A DNA stretch of 64,000 nucleotides from positions 2,108,001 through 2,172,000 of the forward strand of contig CATNEN010000039.1 in the NCBI GenBank assembly GCA_950097015.1, written 5' to 3'. Numbering within the stretch: the stretch's first letter is position 1; each line of letters begins with the position of its first letter. Source of the DNA: Macrostomum hystrix (taxonomy: Eukaryota; Animalia; Platyhelminthes). Position numbers and translations under genes: made by a program. The notes below the pieces were generated by a model. It saw nothing but the letters and a program-made list of their open reading frames with translations. It searched no databases and was not told the DNA's origin. Below are positions 50,301-61,012 of the stretch, in pieces.

Positions 50301-51032
50301 TTGAATGAGAAAAACATCTCAGGCAGGACTATCATCTTTCACTCGGACAGTCAGGCTGCTCTGCAAGCCCTCTGTCACACCACCACAACCTCCCGGACAG
50401 TCTCCGACTGCGTCCGGCAGCTCAATAACCTGGCCGGTAAGAATACCGTCAGACTTCAGTGGATACCAGGGCACGCCGGTTTCCCTGGTAACGAGCTTGC
50501 TGACCACCTGGCCAAGCAGGGAGGAGCCAGCTCTGCGCCGGGCCCCTCCCCCCCGGCTCCGATTCCGAGCACCGTCATTTATCGTCAGATTAATGATTGG
50601 ACCGCCAACCTCCATCTTACCCGGTGGAGAAGCACCACTAACTGCCGCCAATCCAAAGCGGCAGTTCCAGTGCCATCCGCTCGGCTCCGGAAGGTCCTTC
50701 TGAACCAGACCCGGAAGGACATCCGGGCCCTCACCATGACCCTCACGGGCCATGGCTGCTACGCCAGACACTGTTTCCTCCGTGGAGACCTCCGGAGTGA
50801 GCTGTGCCCTTTCTGCAACCTTGAGGACGAGGATGCCCTGCACTTCGTCTGCCACTGCCCTTTCTTCACCAGAGAGAGGCTCAATCACCTCGGACCAAAC
50901 CCATCAATGGACGATGTTTGCAGATCCGAGAACATCCCGCGGCTCGTCCGGTTCCTAAGGGCTACCAGACGAGCCTCTTTCTTCCCCAGCGAGGAACAAG
51001 CTGCAGGAAGGACCGAACACGGACCTCCCTGA
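47331..51032 (+). CDS. LINE ORF2: AP endonuclease, reverse transcriptase, RNase H and CCHC motif, 1233 aa
   Basis: QVNLQH, VQEPW, GDINAHH, SDH (APE); KSPGPDG, FRPISL, QGGVLSP, YADD (RT); YTDGS, SDSQA, WIPGH, GNELAD (RNase H); CPFC..H...C. Confidence 0.95.
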   Translation: MIGHTGITCLQVNLQHCIAASVNLMRYVELNMPGLILVQEPWTHKGKPQNVPNGYHCLYNSRHWENQTPRACILVRDSLNAWHRPDLSDRDTCVIQTENILPGKTVLIASVYLPGDRPAVPEELISLTETCAAKNYELIVAGDINAHHTHWGSSDINSRGEDLLAYILTTSLEFCNTGSTPTFDNGRWSEVIDATLATPGLYQSLREWQVLPETSLSDHKYISFQLAGARCTNQITWKRNARNTDWEAFRHNLEGTQRNLSPPANTCDEADELAEFLTNSLTTAFEASCPLKAYRGKTSAPWWNPQLGELRRTAKRLHRRATKTKNPADQAAYLEAIHSFKKEVRNAKNSKWRQYCEELEGTRPTSRIVKALTLDKMSKLSTVRKADGRPTENPGETLDTMLTAFFPSVPAGTDPPDHTEGGHILATSIITEDRVTKAAQSFKPFKSPGPDGIIPAFIREAVKCHGFLTNLCKLLKACIVLGYVPKAWTEARVVFIPKPGRPDYHSIKSFRPISLTSTMVKLMERLVLWRLLSVELKNMPLSGNQHAFRSGRSTESALHALVDALEKAVLGNGFALSIFLDIDGAFDNVLFEAFDRALRMRHTHSHLRRWIMYMVRHRTATAHLLGHQRTVTVCKGCPQGGVLSPVLWNMVIDELLRDSQPDPILKVGYADDVTAVASGPVPEALRDLLQNFINNAERWATRCGLKLSESKTAAIMFTSKNKWHIRPLQLYGKDITFQKQTKCLGITLDHRLSWTPHVHAKAKKAFAILAQLRRAVGNTWGLTPKRLWWIYTAMVRPAVSYAGLIWASALQLKTCHETLRRVQGRACRTIMSAPPSAPFDGLNAFLNILPLDIFIRGEAAKTARRLLDAGVRFVPQRAAAKRKLLPHTDLCLRDLGASNGINVLTDGEPCSLNLLQRFKVLIPTRDQVSDHWNTQEVHCYTDGSMKDGSAGFGVCILINGRVVATHAQHTGKSSSVFQNEVLAISSCAAELNEKNISGRTIIFHSDSQAALQALCHTTTTSRTVSDCVRQLNNLAGKNTVRLQWIPGHAGFPGNELADHLAKQGGASSAPGPSPPAPIPSTVIYRQINDWTANLHLTRWRSTTNCRQSKAAVPVPSARLRKVLLNQTRKDIRALTMTLTGHGCYARHCFLRGDLRSELCPFCNLEDEDALHFVCHCPFFTRERLNHLGPNPSMDDVCRSENIPRLVRFLRATRRASFFPSEEQAAGRTEHGPP

Positions 51033-51289
51033 CTGGCCCCGCGCCATCGGTCGATTGCGGGTCTTTCAGGGATTAGCGGAATGGGCGACTCCCGCCTCCC
51101 CGCTGCGTCCGTCGGACCGCCCTGCAGATAAGTCAAGTAAGTCAAGATTTAAATACACCTGGAAGAATCGGGGATACATGAAATACTCGATCATTGATTA
51201 ACAGTAGAAAATTCTTTTCGAAGACCCGGGTGACAAGGACTACTATTATTAATCTGTATAAACTGAATCCATTTTTAGAACTGTTTACA

Positions 51290-51610
51290 TGTAGACATGT
51301 TTACTCATGTCACATGCATGTGACATACATGTGCACGTGATTCCATCTCGTGCTTTCTAACTTTACACTGGCCCTATGGGAGGTCCCTGCCTATGAAATA
51401 AGCTCCGGTCCTCTTCATTCCTCCCACTATCCCCGCTTTCCCTCGCTTCTCTCGCTTCTGCGTATGTTTAGCTTCTACTCTCCTGTTTTCGATTTCTCCT
51501 AGAGTCTCCGTTATAAGGTGCCATCAGTGTCCAAGTTCCCTTCCAAGGATCCTTCACCTGACCGAAGGCAGACGTCCTGACGCTCTGGTGGCAACGCTAC
51601 TACTACTACA
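51290..51610. mobile_element. Possible solo LTR (about 320 bp)
   Basis: TGTAG...CTACA inverted termini, flanks ttaca/ctaca (5-bp TSD with one mismatch), and a TATA-like motif followed by a pyrimidine-rich tract. Weak. Confidence 0.3.
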
Positions 51611-51991
51611 CTACATATTACTCTTGGACTTTATATTGGAGTCCGCCGGATCCCGCAGTGATAGCAGGACGACCGGTACAACAAATATATTATTGATAGA
51701 ATCAACAATAATTGGCGACATAGTTGCACAATGAAATTTTGGGAAAATTCCTGTATTGCTGGTTTTTGTCCCTAAGATGCGCTGACGAGAATCGTTGAAT
51801 ATCTCGACGATACGGATGTTTCGTGATTCTGAGGTCTTTGAAATACCCCATGGTCGTTCTTCTGTAAATGGTTGCATTATTCTAAGCGATCTACTAATTT
51901 ATAGTTTCAGACGCAGTCATCGACATGTTCGTCGAAAATCTGCAATAAACATTTTACGCATTTTCAACATAGAAGGCATCAGCCAGTTATT

Positions 51992-54596
51992 ATTGGTTTG
52001 CAACTTCTATTTCAAACTAAGCAACTTCAATTTTGCCCGGCTGGCGTTAGTAACTTCAATTTCGCCCGCGGGGAGGGGGGTGCTCGTGTGTACCCGATTA
52101 GTAACTTCAATTTCGCCCGCGGGGAGGGGGTGCTCGTGTGTACCCGATTAGTAACTTCAATTTCGCCCGCGGGGAGGGGGTGCTCGTGTGTACCCGATTA
52201 GTAACTTCAATTTCGCCCGCGGGGAGGGGGGTGCTCGTGTGTACCCGATTAGTAACTTCAATTTCGTCCGCGGGGAGGGGGTGCTCGTGTGTAACCGATT
52301 AGTAACTTCAATTTCGTCCGCGGGGAGGGGATGCTCGTGTGTACCCGATTAGTAACTTCAATTTCGCCCGCGGGGAGGGGGGTGCTCGTGTGTACCCGAT
52401 TAGTAACTTCAATTTCGTCCGCGGGGAGGGGGTGCTCGTGTGTAACCGATTAGTAACTTCAATTTCGCCCGCGGGGAGGGGGTGCTCGTGTGTACCCGAT
52501 TAGTAACTTCAATTTCGTCCGCGGGGAGGGGGTGCTCGTGTGTACCCGATTAGTAACTTCAATTTCGCCCGCGGGGAGGGGGTGCTCGTGTGTAACCGAT
52601 TAGTAACTTCAATTTCGTCCGCGGGGAGGGGGTGCTCGTGTGTACCCGATTAGTAACTTCAATTTTGTCCGCGGGGAGGGGGATGCTCGTGTGTAACCGA
52701 TTAGTAACTTCAATTTCGTCCGCGAGACCGGCCTGCACAAGTTAAGGTAAATCAATTTCACAAAAAGTAACTTCTATTTTGTCTTGCATTTTTTTCATCC
52801 GGCTTCAAACATTAATATAGGCCATGATGGGCCTGTACTTTCAATATTAATATTTATTTTTGACGTTTCAGGCAAGACAATGGAGGACTCCATTGTCAGA
52901 AGAAAGTCAAAGTCAGAAGAAAATGTCGTTGCTGGCCATGCACTGCGGTCCGGTCAGGTGCGTTACGGCCACCCTTTCGAGCTTATCCCCAACTGGACAG
53001 CAAGCTGCAGCCAGTCAGCATTTTCTTCTGACATTTCTGTGACTTGAACAAAGTTGTGTGACATGATTGAGAGAGATCTCATTCCCAATATATATATAAT
53101 TAATGCTATTAAATTATATTAGAATTATAATATTATTAAATATTATAATAAGACTGGAGCTTCAAGAGCGGCTGGATGTGAAAGTGTCGGCGCTATCCAA
53201 TTATCCAATTAGCTGAATTTATTGTGATTCTGTTCTATCGGGTCATAAATTCACAGGGTTAAATATCTCCCGACACTCGAAAGAAAATTATTATAATTCC
53301 ACTGCGGCGGAGTCGGTGGCGGCGTCGGCGAAGATCAAAGGCAAGGACAAAGTCCGTATTTCACAGAGCGGACGCAAACACAAATCGCTGTGCTGAAGAG
53401 ACGAAATAGAAGTTACTTTTTGTGAAATTGATTTACCCTAACTTGGGCAGGCCGGTCTCGCGGACGAAATTGAAGTTACTAATCGGGTACACACGAGCAC
53501 CCTCTCCCCGCGGACGAAATTGAAGTTACTAATCGGGTACACACGAGCACCCTCTCCCCGCGGACGAAATTGAAGTTACTAATCGGGTACACACGAGCAC
53601 CCTCTCCCCGCGGACGAAATTGAAGTTACTAATCGGGTACACACGAGCACCCTCTCCCCGCGGACGAAATTGAAGTTACTAATCGGGTACACACGAGCAC
53701 CCTCTCCCCGCGGACGAAATTGAAGTTACTAATCGGGTACACACGAGCACCCTCTCCCCGCGGACGAAATTGAAGTTACTAATCGGGTACACACGAGCAC
53801 CCTCTCCCGCGGGCGAAATTGAAGTTACTAATCGGGTACACACGAGCATCCCCCTCCCCGCGGACGAAATTGAAGTTACTAATCGGGTACACACGAGCAC
53901 CCTCTCCCGGAGGGCGAAATTGAAGTTACTAATCGGGTACACACGAGCACCCCCTCCCCGCGGACAAAATTGAAGTTACTAATCGGGTACACACGAGCAC
54001 CCCCTCCCCGCGGACAAAATTGAAGTTACTAATCGGGTACACACGAGCACCCTCTCCCCGCGGGCGAAATTGAAGTTACTAATCGGGTACACACGAGCAT
54101 CCCCCTCCCCGCGGACGAAATTGAAGTTACTAATCGGGTACACACGAGCACCCCCCTCCCCGCGGGCGAAATTGAAGTTACTAATCGGGTACACACGAGC
54201 ACCCCCCTCCCCGCGGGCGAAATTGAAGTTACTAATCGGGTACACACGAGCACCCTCTCCCCGCGGGCGAAATTGAAGTTACTAATCGGGTACACACGAG
54301 CATCCCCCTCCCCGCGGACGAAATTGAAGTTACTAATCGGGTACACACGAGCACCCCCCTCCCCGTGGACGAAATTGAAGTTACTAATCGGGTACACACG
54401 AGCACCCCCCTCCCCGTGGACGAAATTGAAGTTACTAATCGGGTACACACGAGCATCCCCCTCCCCGCGGACGAAATCGAAGTTACTAATCGGGTACACA
54501 CGAGCATCCCCCTCCCCGCGGGCGAAATTGAAGTTACTAACGCCAGCCGGAGAGCCATTGAAGTTACTTAGTTTGAAATAGAAGTTGAAAACCAAT
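51992..54596. mobile_element. Foldback-type DNA element: long inverted arms built of 50-bp tandem repeats around a 0.6-kb spacer
   Basis: Left arm about 51992-52784 is the reverse complement of right arm about 53400-54596, including unique outer and inner segments. About 13 versus 21 units of gtaacttcaatttcgyccgcggggagggggtgctcgtgtgtacccgatta. TSD TA or ATT (ambiguous). Confidence 0.88.
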
Positions 54597-55795
54597 ATTC
54601 CAACAAGATATACGAGCGACTAGTATTTGATTTTTACTTACCCTGATTTACGTCCTCTAATTTACAAGGAATCATAAATTAGTCCATTACATTTTAGCTA
54701 TCCTAGCTGCGGCTTACATCATCATCCTACGGCCTCTAAGTAGATCTTTTCGAGCTTAATAAACTTTGTCAGACCACTCAAACTTGGCATATTCCTACAA
54801 ATATTACGAGTACAATTACTACTTATGTAAGCAGTAGCTAACAAGCTATGAGTTTGAGAATGCATGAGGACTCTGGTCCATTTTGCCAATAAGTAAAGGA
54901 ATAGAAAGATAACATATTCACGTATTCACGACTTGTTCATTACACTGAGTACTGAGAGACAGCACTGATTTGAAATGGCTGTCACTTCAACCAGCAAGTG
55001 TATATTATCTGCATATCTCCAGTTTAAAATAGTTGCAATTGAGTACAAATTAAGAGTTGCCTCACCAGCTCAAAATGGTCTCAGCAGAGATCTCACAGCT
55101 GTTTATCGGGTGGCAATGTAATTTAGGAAAGTCAGCATTTCATGTATTTTTACAGCCCGAGAGGCGTGGCCGGCCGCCACTGCTCCAGTGCAGCCACTTG
55201 TCGTTCGTCTTTGATGAACGTGCCTCCCTCCTGCCTTCGTGGCGTAGTCCGGCCTTTTCATTCAGCTAAAAAAGTTTTTCGTGCCTACGTGTGAAACTAA
55301 GAAATAATTATACAATCAGAACTCGAAAATCATTTCCGTAGCCTCGTATGCGTCATTGGTCATTGATCATTGATCATAGATATTTTAGATAAAAAACATC
55401 GGTAATTTCGATTTAAAAAAGCATGGCCATCGCGTGCGGCTTCCAGGCGGTGTCGTCGGAGTTGCAGGAACCGGCGTCGCCGCATTTTGCAACTGTCAGG
55501 TGGCTGCGCCTTCGTGTTGTGCTGCTCGGGAAAGTGGCGCTTGTATTGCAGCCAAATCTTTCAGTTCGCAGATGCGGATATACGAGTACTAAAAATAGAT
55601 AGTAGTATGTACTAATAAAAAGAGAACAAGAGCGCACTTGCCATCCCCATAGACTACAGCCGGGGTACAGGGGTCGCGGCAGCTAACGCAAGCCTTTGTC
55701 TTGGGCACGCATTCGCATCACACAGCGAGCCTAACTCTTGTCACGCGTGCACTAGTCTAGTTTAAAACTGCTTCTAGAAATTCTGAAATTCTGCT

Positions 55796-58700
55796 ATGGA
55801 GCACCAACTGGAGCTCTACGCCGATGCTGACAGCAACTCCGTCACCACCAGCAGCAGCCAGCTGGAGACGGTGCAGCCCTTCACGGTCGAGGAGGACTCG
55901 CCGCCATCTGCTGACGAGTCTATAAGTGAGTTGCTGCCTAGGGACCGGCGCAGAAGTCTGCAGGCTACACCGAACGCCGCCGACGTAGCTGGCATCACAG
56001 CCGCCTCTGCTGACGCTACGAGAGCGTGAGTTTCTTGGAAATCTGATCGAGAAGTGCGAATTCCATGGACACATTTTCCCACTCAACATTTTACCCCAGC
56101 AAATCCTGATAGCCAGCTGTCTCAGCTGATGCAATAGGCTCGGATTCGAACTCTCGATCTCACGCTTAACGGTAGAAATACTGCGCTATTTTTCCCCTAG
56201 GGAAAGGCCGGGGAGTATGTTTCAAAAGCCACTGCCTACATCACGATAGCTCCTAAACCGAATGACCGATTGTCGTAAAAGTCCACCATTTAGTCAAAAT
56301 TTTCCGCAAAATTTAATAATTAATTATATAATCTATGCAGTATAATCAGCACTAATGGCCGACATACGTTGAAGTTCTGTGACCCGACATTTGATGCTTC
56401 TATAAGTGGTTTTTGCCACAGACACCCCGAGCTGAATCGTTGAATATCTAGACGATGCAGGTGTTTTGTGATTCTGAAAGTTGTTTTAATCGTAAGGCCC
56501 TTGATGGAAAATTTTAGCGCGTGTTCTGAAATTTCATTGTGATTTGTTGAATATTACAGGTGATAAAAATAAGACTTTGGCTTATTTAAAATACCACCTG
56601 TGCTTTTTCTACTGATATGAGTCGAAATGTATTGTAAGGAAAGAAAAAAGATTCACAAATATTTTCGATCTAATTTTTAGATCCCCAAACTCAAGGAGCA
56701 ACTCGATGAAGGCTTGGAGAAGTAGCAATAAGGTTTTTAAATTGCCTTTGCTTGATTTATAGCCATTAAAAGTAAGAAGTCCAACAAAATGAACTCGATT
56801 CTCATCCTCGAATGTCCAGCAGCTGTCGCACAACTGTGATGAGACCAGCACGTCCGACGAGCGCGGCACGTACTCCTTCTCTTCGCCGCCTTCGTCCAAT
56901 TGCGCTTCGTTCAGCAGTTCGTCTGACGAGGCTGCGCCGGGCCGGTGGGCCGACTCGTCAGTCAGCAGCGACGATATTCGGCATGCCTGCGCAGACTTCG
57001 CCACCAACCATTCGACTAAGTCGCAAAACTCTTTCGCAGGCGGTGGTCGCCGTCGCGAGTGTGTTCGTCATGTGCTGGAACATACAGGTAGAGTTCCAAA
57101 CTACCTGTACGAGCAAATGATTCTTGCTAGAAGGCTGTGGGCCGGTACCCACTATTAGGTGACAGTGCGGCGAGACAATTATGCTCATTCCGCTGACCTC
57201 TGAGCATACTCACACAGGTGTGTACACCTGCACTGACTTTCTCTCATCGCCAGGCAGTGTACACTCTTATTTGTGCCCCTTGGGACATGAACATCATGGG
57301 CGTAAATTGCAGGACAAATCCTCAAGCCTTCTCTCCGCCAGCTTATTGTGACCTCAAAACTGATCTGGCATGGATTTGGTGCGGGCTGTATTTTCATTTT
57401 GTCCCGGTCCGCAGACAAGAATATGTACTTGACACCACAAAGCTTTTGTTTGACACTGACGCGCTCTCGTCACGTCCTACCGTTTCCAGAGCCGACGAAT
57501 TCCTCGCAGGCCCCCGCTGGGACCGACGAAGACTCGACCCCGCCGCAGGGGACCTCAGAAAATAACATGACTGACCAGAACGGCGTCACTAGCATGGATG
57601 CTTCAGGCGAATCTTCGGATTCGATCGAAGAAGGGCAAAATAACTCTGTGGTGAGTGGGGATCTTTGCGCCTTGGCTTACTCTGCCGCGAAATATTATAA
57701 TAATAACTGTAGACGTGCTGCAGGCAATGCCACATCATTCAGTGACACAAGAACCGCAGCCAGTGGGGCAATTCTGCCCGTTTCGCTGACTCCTGTGCAC
57801 ACACGCTCACAGATATTGTACGCAGGCATACAATCACACAGGTGTGTACATCTGCTCTGACTTTCTTATCGTCAGGCAGTGTACAATTTCACTGTGACGT
57901 GGAGTTTGGTCCTCAAGTGCGTAAAATTGCAAGACAAGCCCCGCAGCCTTCTCTCCGCGGCTGCGCCTCAAATGGTTGTGGCCTCGCCGCGGAATCGAGC
58001 TCATGGACTTTCGCGCGAAAGGCAAACGTGTTAACCGCTCCGCCATTCACCCTGACTCTACCGCATACCGCGCACGCCGTTTGCAGTTCACCAACCTCGG
58101 CGAGAACTCCGCAACCGATAGCTTCACTGAGAAATCGCCAGCGTTTCGCTCGTCACTGACGCGAGTAAACAAGAATGAGCTGGCTAACCTCATTGAAAAG
58201 GTCATCCTGGACTTCTGCTCATCGCGCACTGTCGAGACAATGCGCCGCATGTTCGCTGGCGTCCCCAACGACTCCGACTCGTTGCTGCGCGACGAAAAGT
58301 CGGCATCCATGCCGCACCCCATCACTGGCGAGCTGGTGAAGGAGGGCGTCATGATTGGCAACGTGGACGTATTCTCTCCACGGATGCAGCGCGAGTTTAT
58401 CCTGCCAGTCAAAGACAGTCTCATTGCCACTTTCCTGCGGGAGCCAGGTGTCTTCCGAGCCATCTGCTACCGCACCCGCTGCCAGGTAAATTGGGCTTTC
58501 TATTAGAAATGCTAGAACTTGTTTGACAGTAGAAAGACCACGGAGCCCACAATACCAGGGAGGTCTTGGATAAGAATCGCTGAATATCTCGACAATCCTG
58601 ACTCGGACGGCTTTGGAAGTTTGTTCATCGTAATAGGTGTAGTGTAAGAACTTGATCGACATTTGGTGGACTTTGACGGATATCGTGAAATTGGGAGCTA

Positions 58701-59456
58701 TTGTGAAGTAGGCAGTTGGTATTTGAAATACCCTTTCGGTCTTTCCCCAGGTGGGAAAATAGCGTGGTATTTGTACTGTTCACCGACTTCCTGCCAACGC
58801 GTCAGGTCGAGGTGACCCGCCGTCTTCTAAACCGCAAGCTGTGCATCGGCGGGCGCTGGCACAAGTACATGATCATCCGCATTGTTGGTCCCACATACAA
58901 GAACATCGAGAATTGCGACATCCTCCTGCAGAAGGCGGTGCCAAGCTACAAGCTTCGAAAGACTTACAACACTGCGGCCTCTTGCTGCATGTACATGCGC
59001 GAGGAGGTGCCGGACAACACGGATCTGTACTTCAACTTCCAGCGAACGGGCGGCAACTCGCACCGCTTCGGGGCGCTAAAGCTCGAATCGCCGTTCAGAG
59101 CAACCCAGACGAGAACAATCAGCGAGTCGCCATGGAAGCACGGCCTGTTCAAGGTGAGCTAAGCCGCTACAGTTTTACGGACTGACTATATCATCGTCAG
59201 CCAGTGTACACTCCCACTGTGCCTTCGGTTTTGCCCCTCGCAGGTTGGCAAGCTGTCCTTCTCAACGACTGCAGCGAACATGTGCATGAAGCATGTGTAT
59301 CCTAGCATGGGCTACCAGGGCACATCCTGCTTGGAGCCCGAGTTCCAGGGCGTGAGCGCGACCAACCGGGTCACCAGCCTGCACGAGCAGTTCCATATCG
59401 ACCGGCTGGCGGCCATGGCACTGAAGCGGAGCCTGACCATTCCTGTGTGCCGCTAG
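55796..59456 (+). CDS. Uncharacterised protein (about 556 aa): Ser/acidic disordered N-half and a degenerate KH-like domain
   Basis: Exons 55796-56025, 56681-56732, 56820-57087, 57490-57650, 58087-58485, 58806-59153 and 59244-59456 splice into one open frame with GT-AG introns and GC3-rich codons. The exon 2 donor (AAG/GTTTTT) is weak. Confidence 0.72.
57190..57345 (-). mobile_element. SINE family 2 fragment
   Basis: Homology to other copies. Confidence 0.7.
57715..58048 (-). mobile_element. SINE family 2, near full-length copy
   Basis: Homology to 20500-20810 across its length. Confidence 0.78.
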
Positions 59457-59870
59457 CACCTGCCCGACCCCGGAACTTAGCTACAATATTTTTTGTCGAA
59501 CTGCAGCAAATATTATGCTTGTTTAGAACAATTCATTTTTTCTAACTTTGTACATCACTGCACTGTTTCAGAGTCAGCCATTATTTCATAGGAATGCAAG
59601 CCTTTTCTCACTCCACTGAACTGTCCTTTGCCAGACTCAACCACCTCAACTGTGCGCCTTGTAGGAGTACATCACTTTCGCTTTCACTGTTTGCGCACTA
59701 GTACAATGCTTTATATAACTAAACACAATACACGAACACAGCTTTTTCAGTCCTAATATATATACAAACTGGAGTCTTTTTTCACCAAAGAATTTTTTTA
59801 AAGATCAGTCTATTCTTTTTCAGATTTGCTCCCTTCTTGTCACTGCCTTTCTTAATTACCTAGACTTAGA

Positions 59871-60036
59871 CCCGTGTCTCATCTCTTATGCGTCTCGTCT
59901 ATCCAGTGTCTCATCTCTCCCGTGTCTCATCTTCCCCGTGTCTCATCTCTTATGCGTCTCGTCTATCCAGTGTCTCATCTCTCCCGTGTCTCATCTTCCC
60001 CGTGTCTCATCTCTTATGCGTCTCGTCTATCCAGTG
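59871..60036. repeat. Pyrimidine-rich tandem repeat (about 63-bp higher-order unit of gtgtctcatct subunits) interrupted by the BEL LTR
   Basis: Tandem periodicity ending abruptly at the LTR edge. Confidence 0.85.
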
Positions 60037-60299
60037 TGTAATTGAATTGGCACGACTCAATTGAATATTTTCTCTCTGATAAGGGTTTGTTGAGAGAAAG
60101 CAAGCGCGCGCTCTGGGCCGCTGGTTTGACGGTATTTATTTGGATAAAGCGAAGAGAAATGAACGCGTGGGGGAGGGTGCCCAGGGCACGAGCAGATGTA
60201 CATTGCATGACAGGGCGGAGTAGGGTGAAAGGTGAGTCGGCTTTCACTTAATGCACAATGGCCATTTGGGCTGAATAAAAAATGTACTTTTCCGCCACA
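60037..60299 (-). repeat. 3' LTR of the BEL/Pao element (263 bp)
   Basis: Minus strand begins TGTGGCGG immediately after polypurine tract GGGGGAG (60300-60306), contains AATAAA and ends ..ATTACA. Confidence 0.75.
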
Positions 60300-61012
60300 C
60301 TCCCCCAATGACCCGAGCGATTGAGGTCAAGGTCATTTCACAAAAGGAAAAGTAACGCAAGAAAAAAAAACAAATATTGCCGCCGCCGCTAAAACATCGG
60401 ACTGCGAAATGGACAACAACCGTAGAAGCACGATAATCAACCAACGGTAGATAAACTGCAATCTTACCAAAAAAAACGCTCCAACCGACGCTACCCCATC
60501 ACCGACAAAAGAGAAAAAGAACAGAAAGCACCGACCAAAAAAACGCAGACCACATAGACGAGACTAACCGACATGAACAATTTAAAGCGACTGTAAAAAG
60601 TTGCACAACCAACTACGGAAAAGACAACCAACACCGCAGCCAAAACCTAAAAAAAGCATCGTGGGAAAAAAAACACCGAGACTAACAGACACGAGCAAAA
60701 GCAAAACTTAAAGCGACTGTAAAAATTTGCACAACCAACAACGGAAAAAAAAACCAACGCCACCGCCAAAACCGACCACCGAATAACACCGACTGAAAAC
60801 CATCAACCAACCGACTGAAAACCAACCAACCGACTGAAAACCAACCAACCGACTGAAAACCAATAACCAACCGACTGAACGACCACCGAACGACACACAG
60901 CCACCGATAGCGAACGACAACCGCCTAAACGCACCAGCACCGACCAAAAAAAACACAGGAAAACCGACTAGACGCAGCTATAGCAACAGAGCGAAATACC
61001 ACCAGCGACACG

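Larger units (their letters stand above)
45705..51145 (+). mobile_element. Full-length non-LTR retrotransposon with RNase H (I group, probably LOA/R1-related)
   Basis: Two intact ORFs, 3' tail (taagtcaag)2, and TSD gatttaaataca at 45693-45704 and 51146-51157. Confidence 0.93.

Noticed and set aside
58219-58662. Shared peptide RIVEIF(S/N)DS in minus-strand ORFs here and at 51611-51877
   Set aside because: Explained by a dispersed non-coding repeat module; similarity does not extend as protein.
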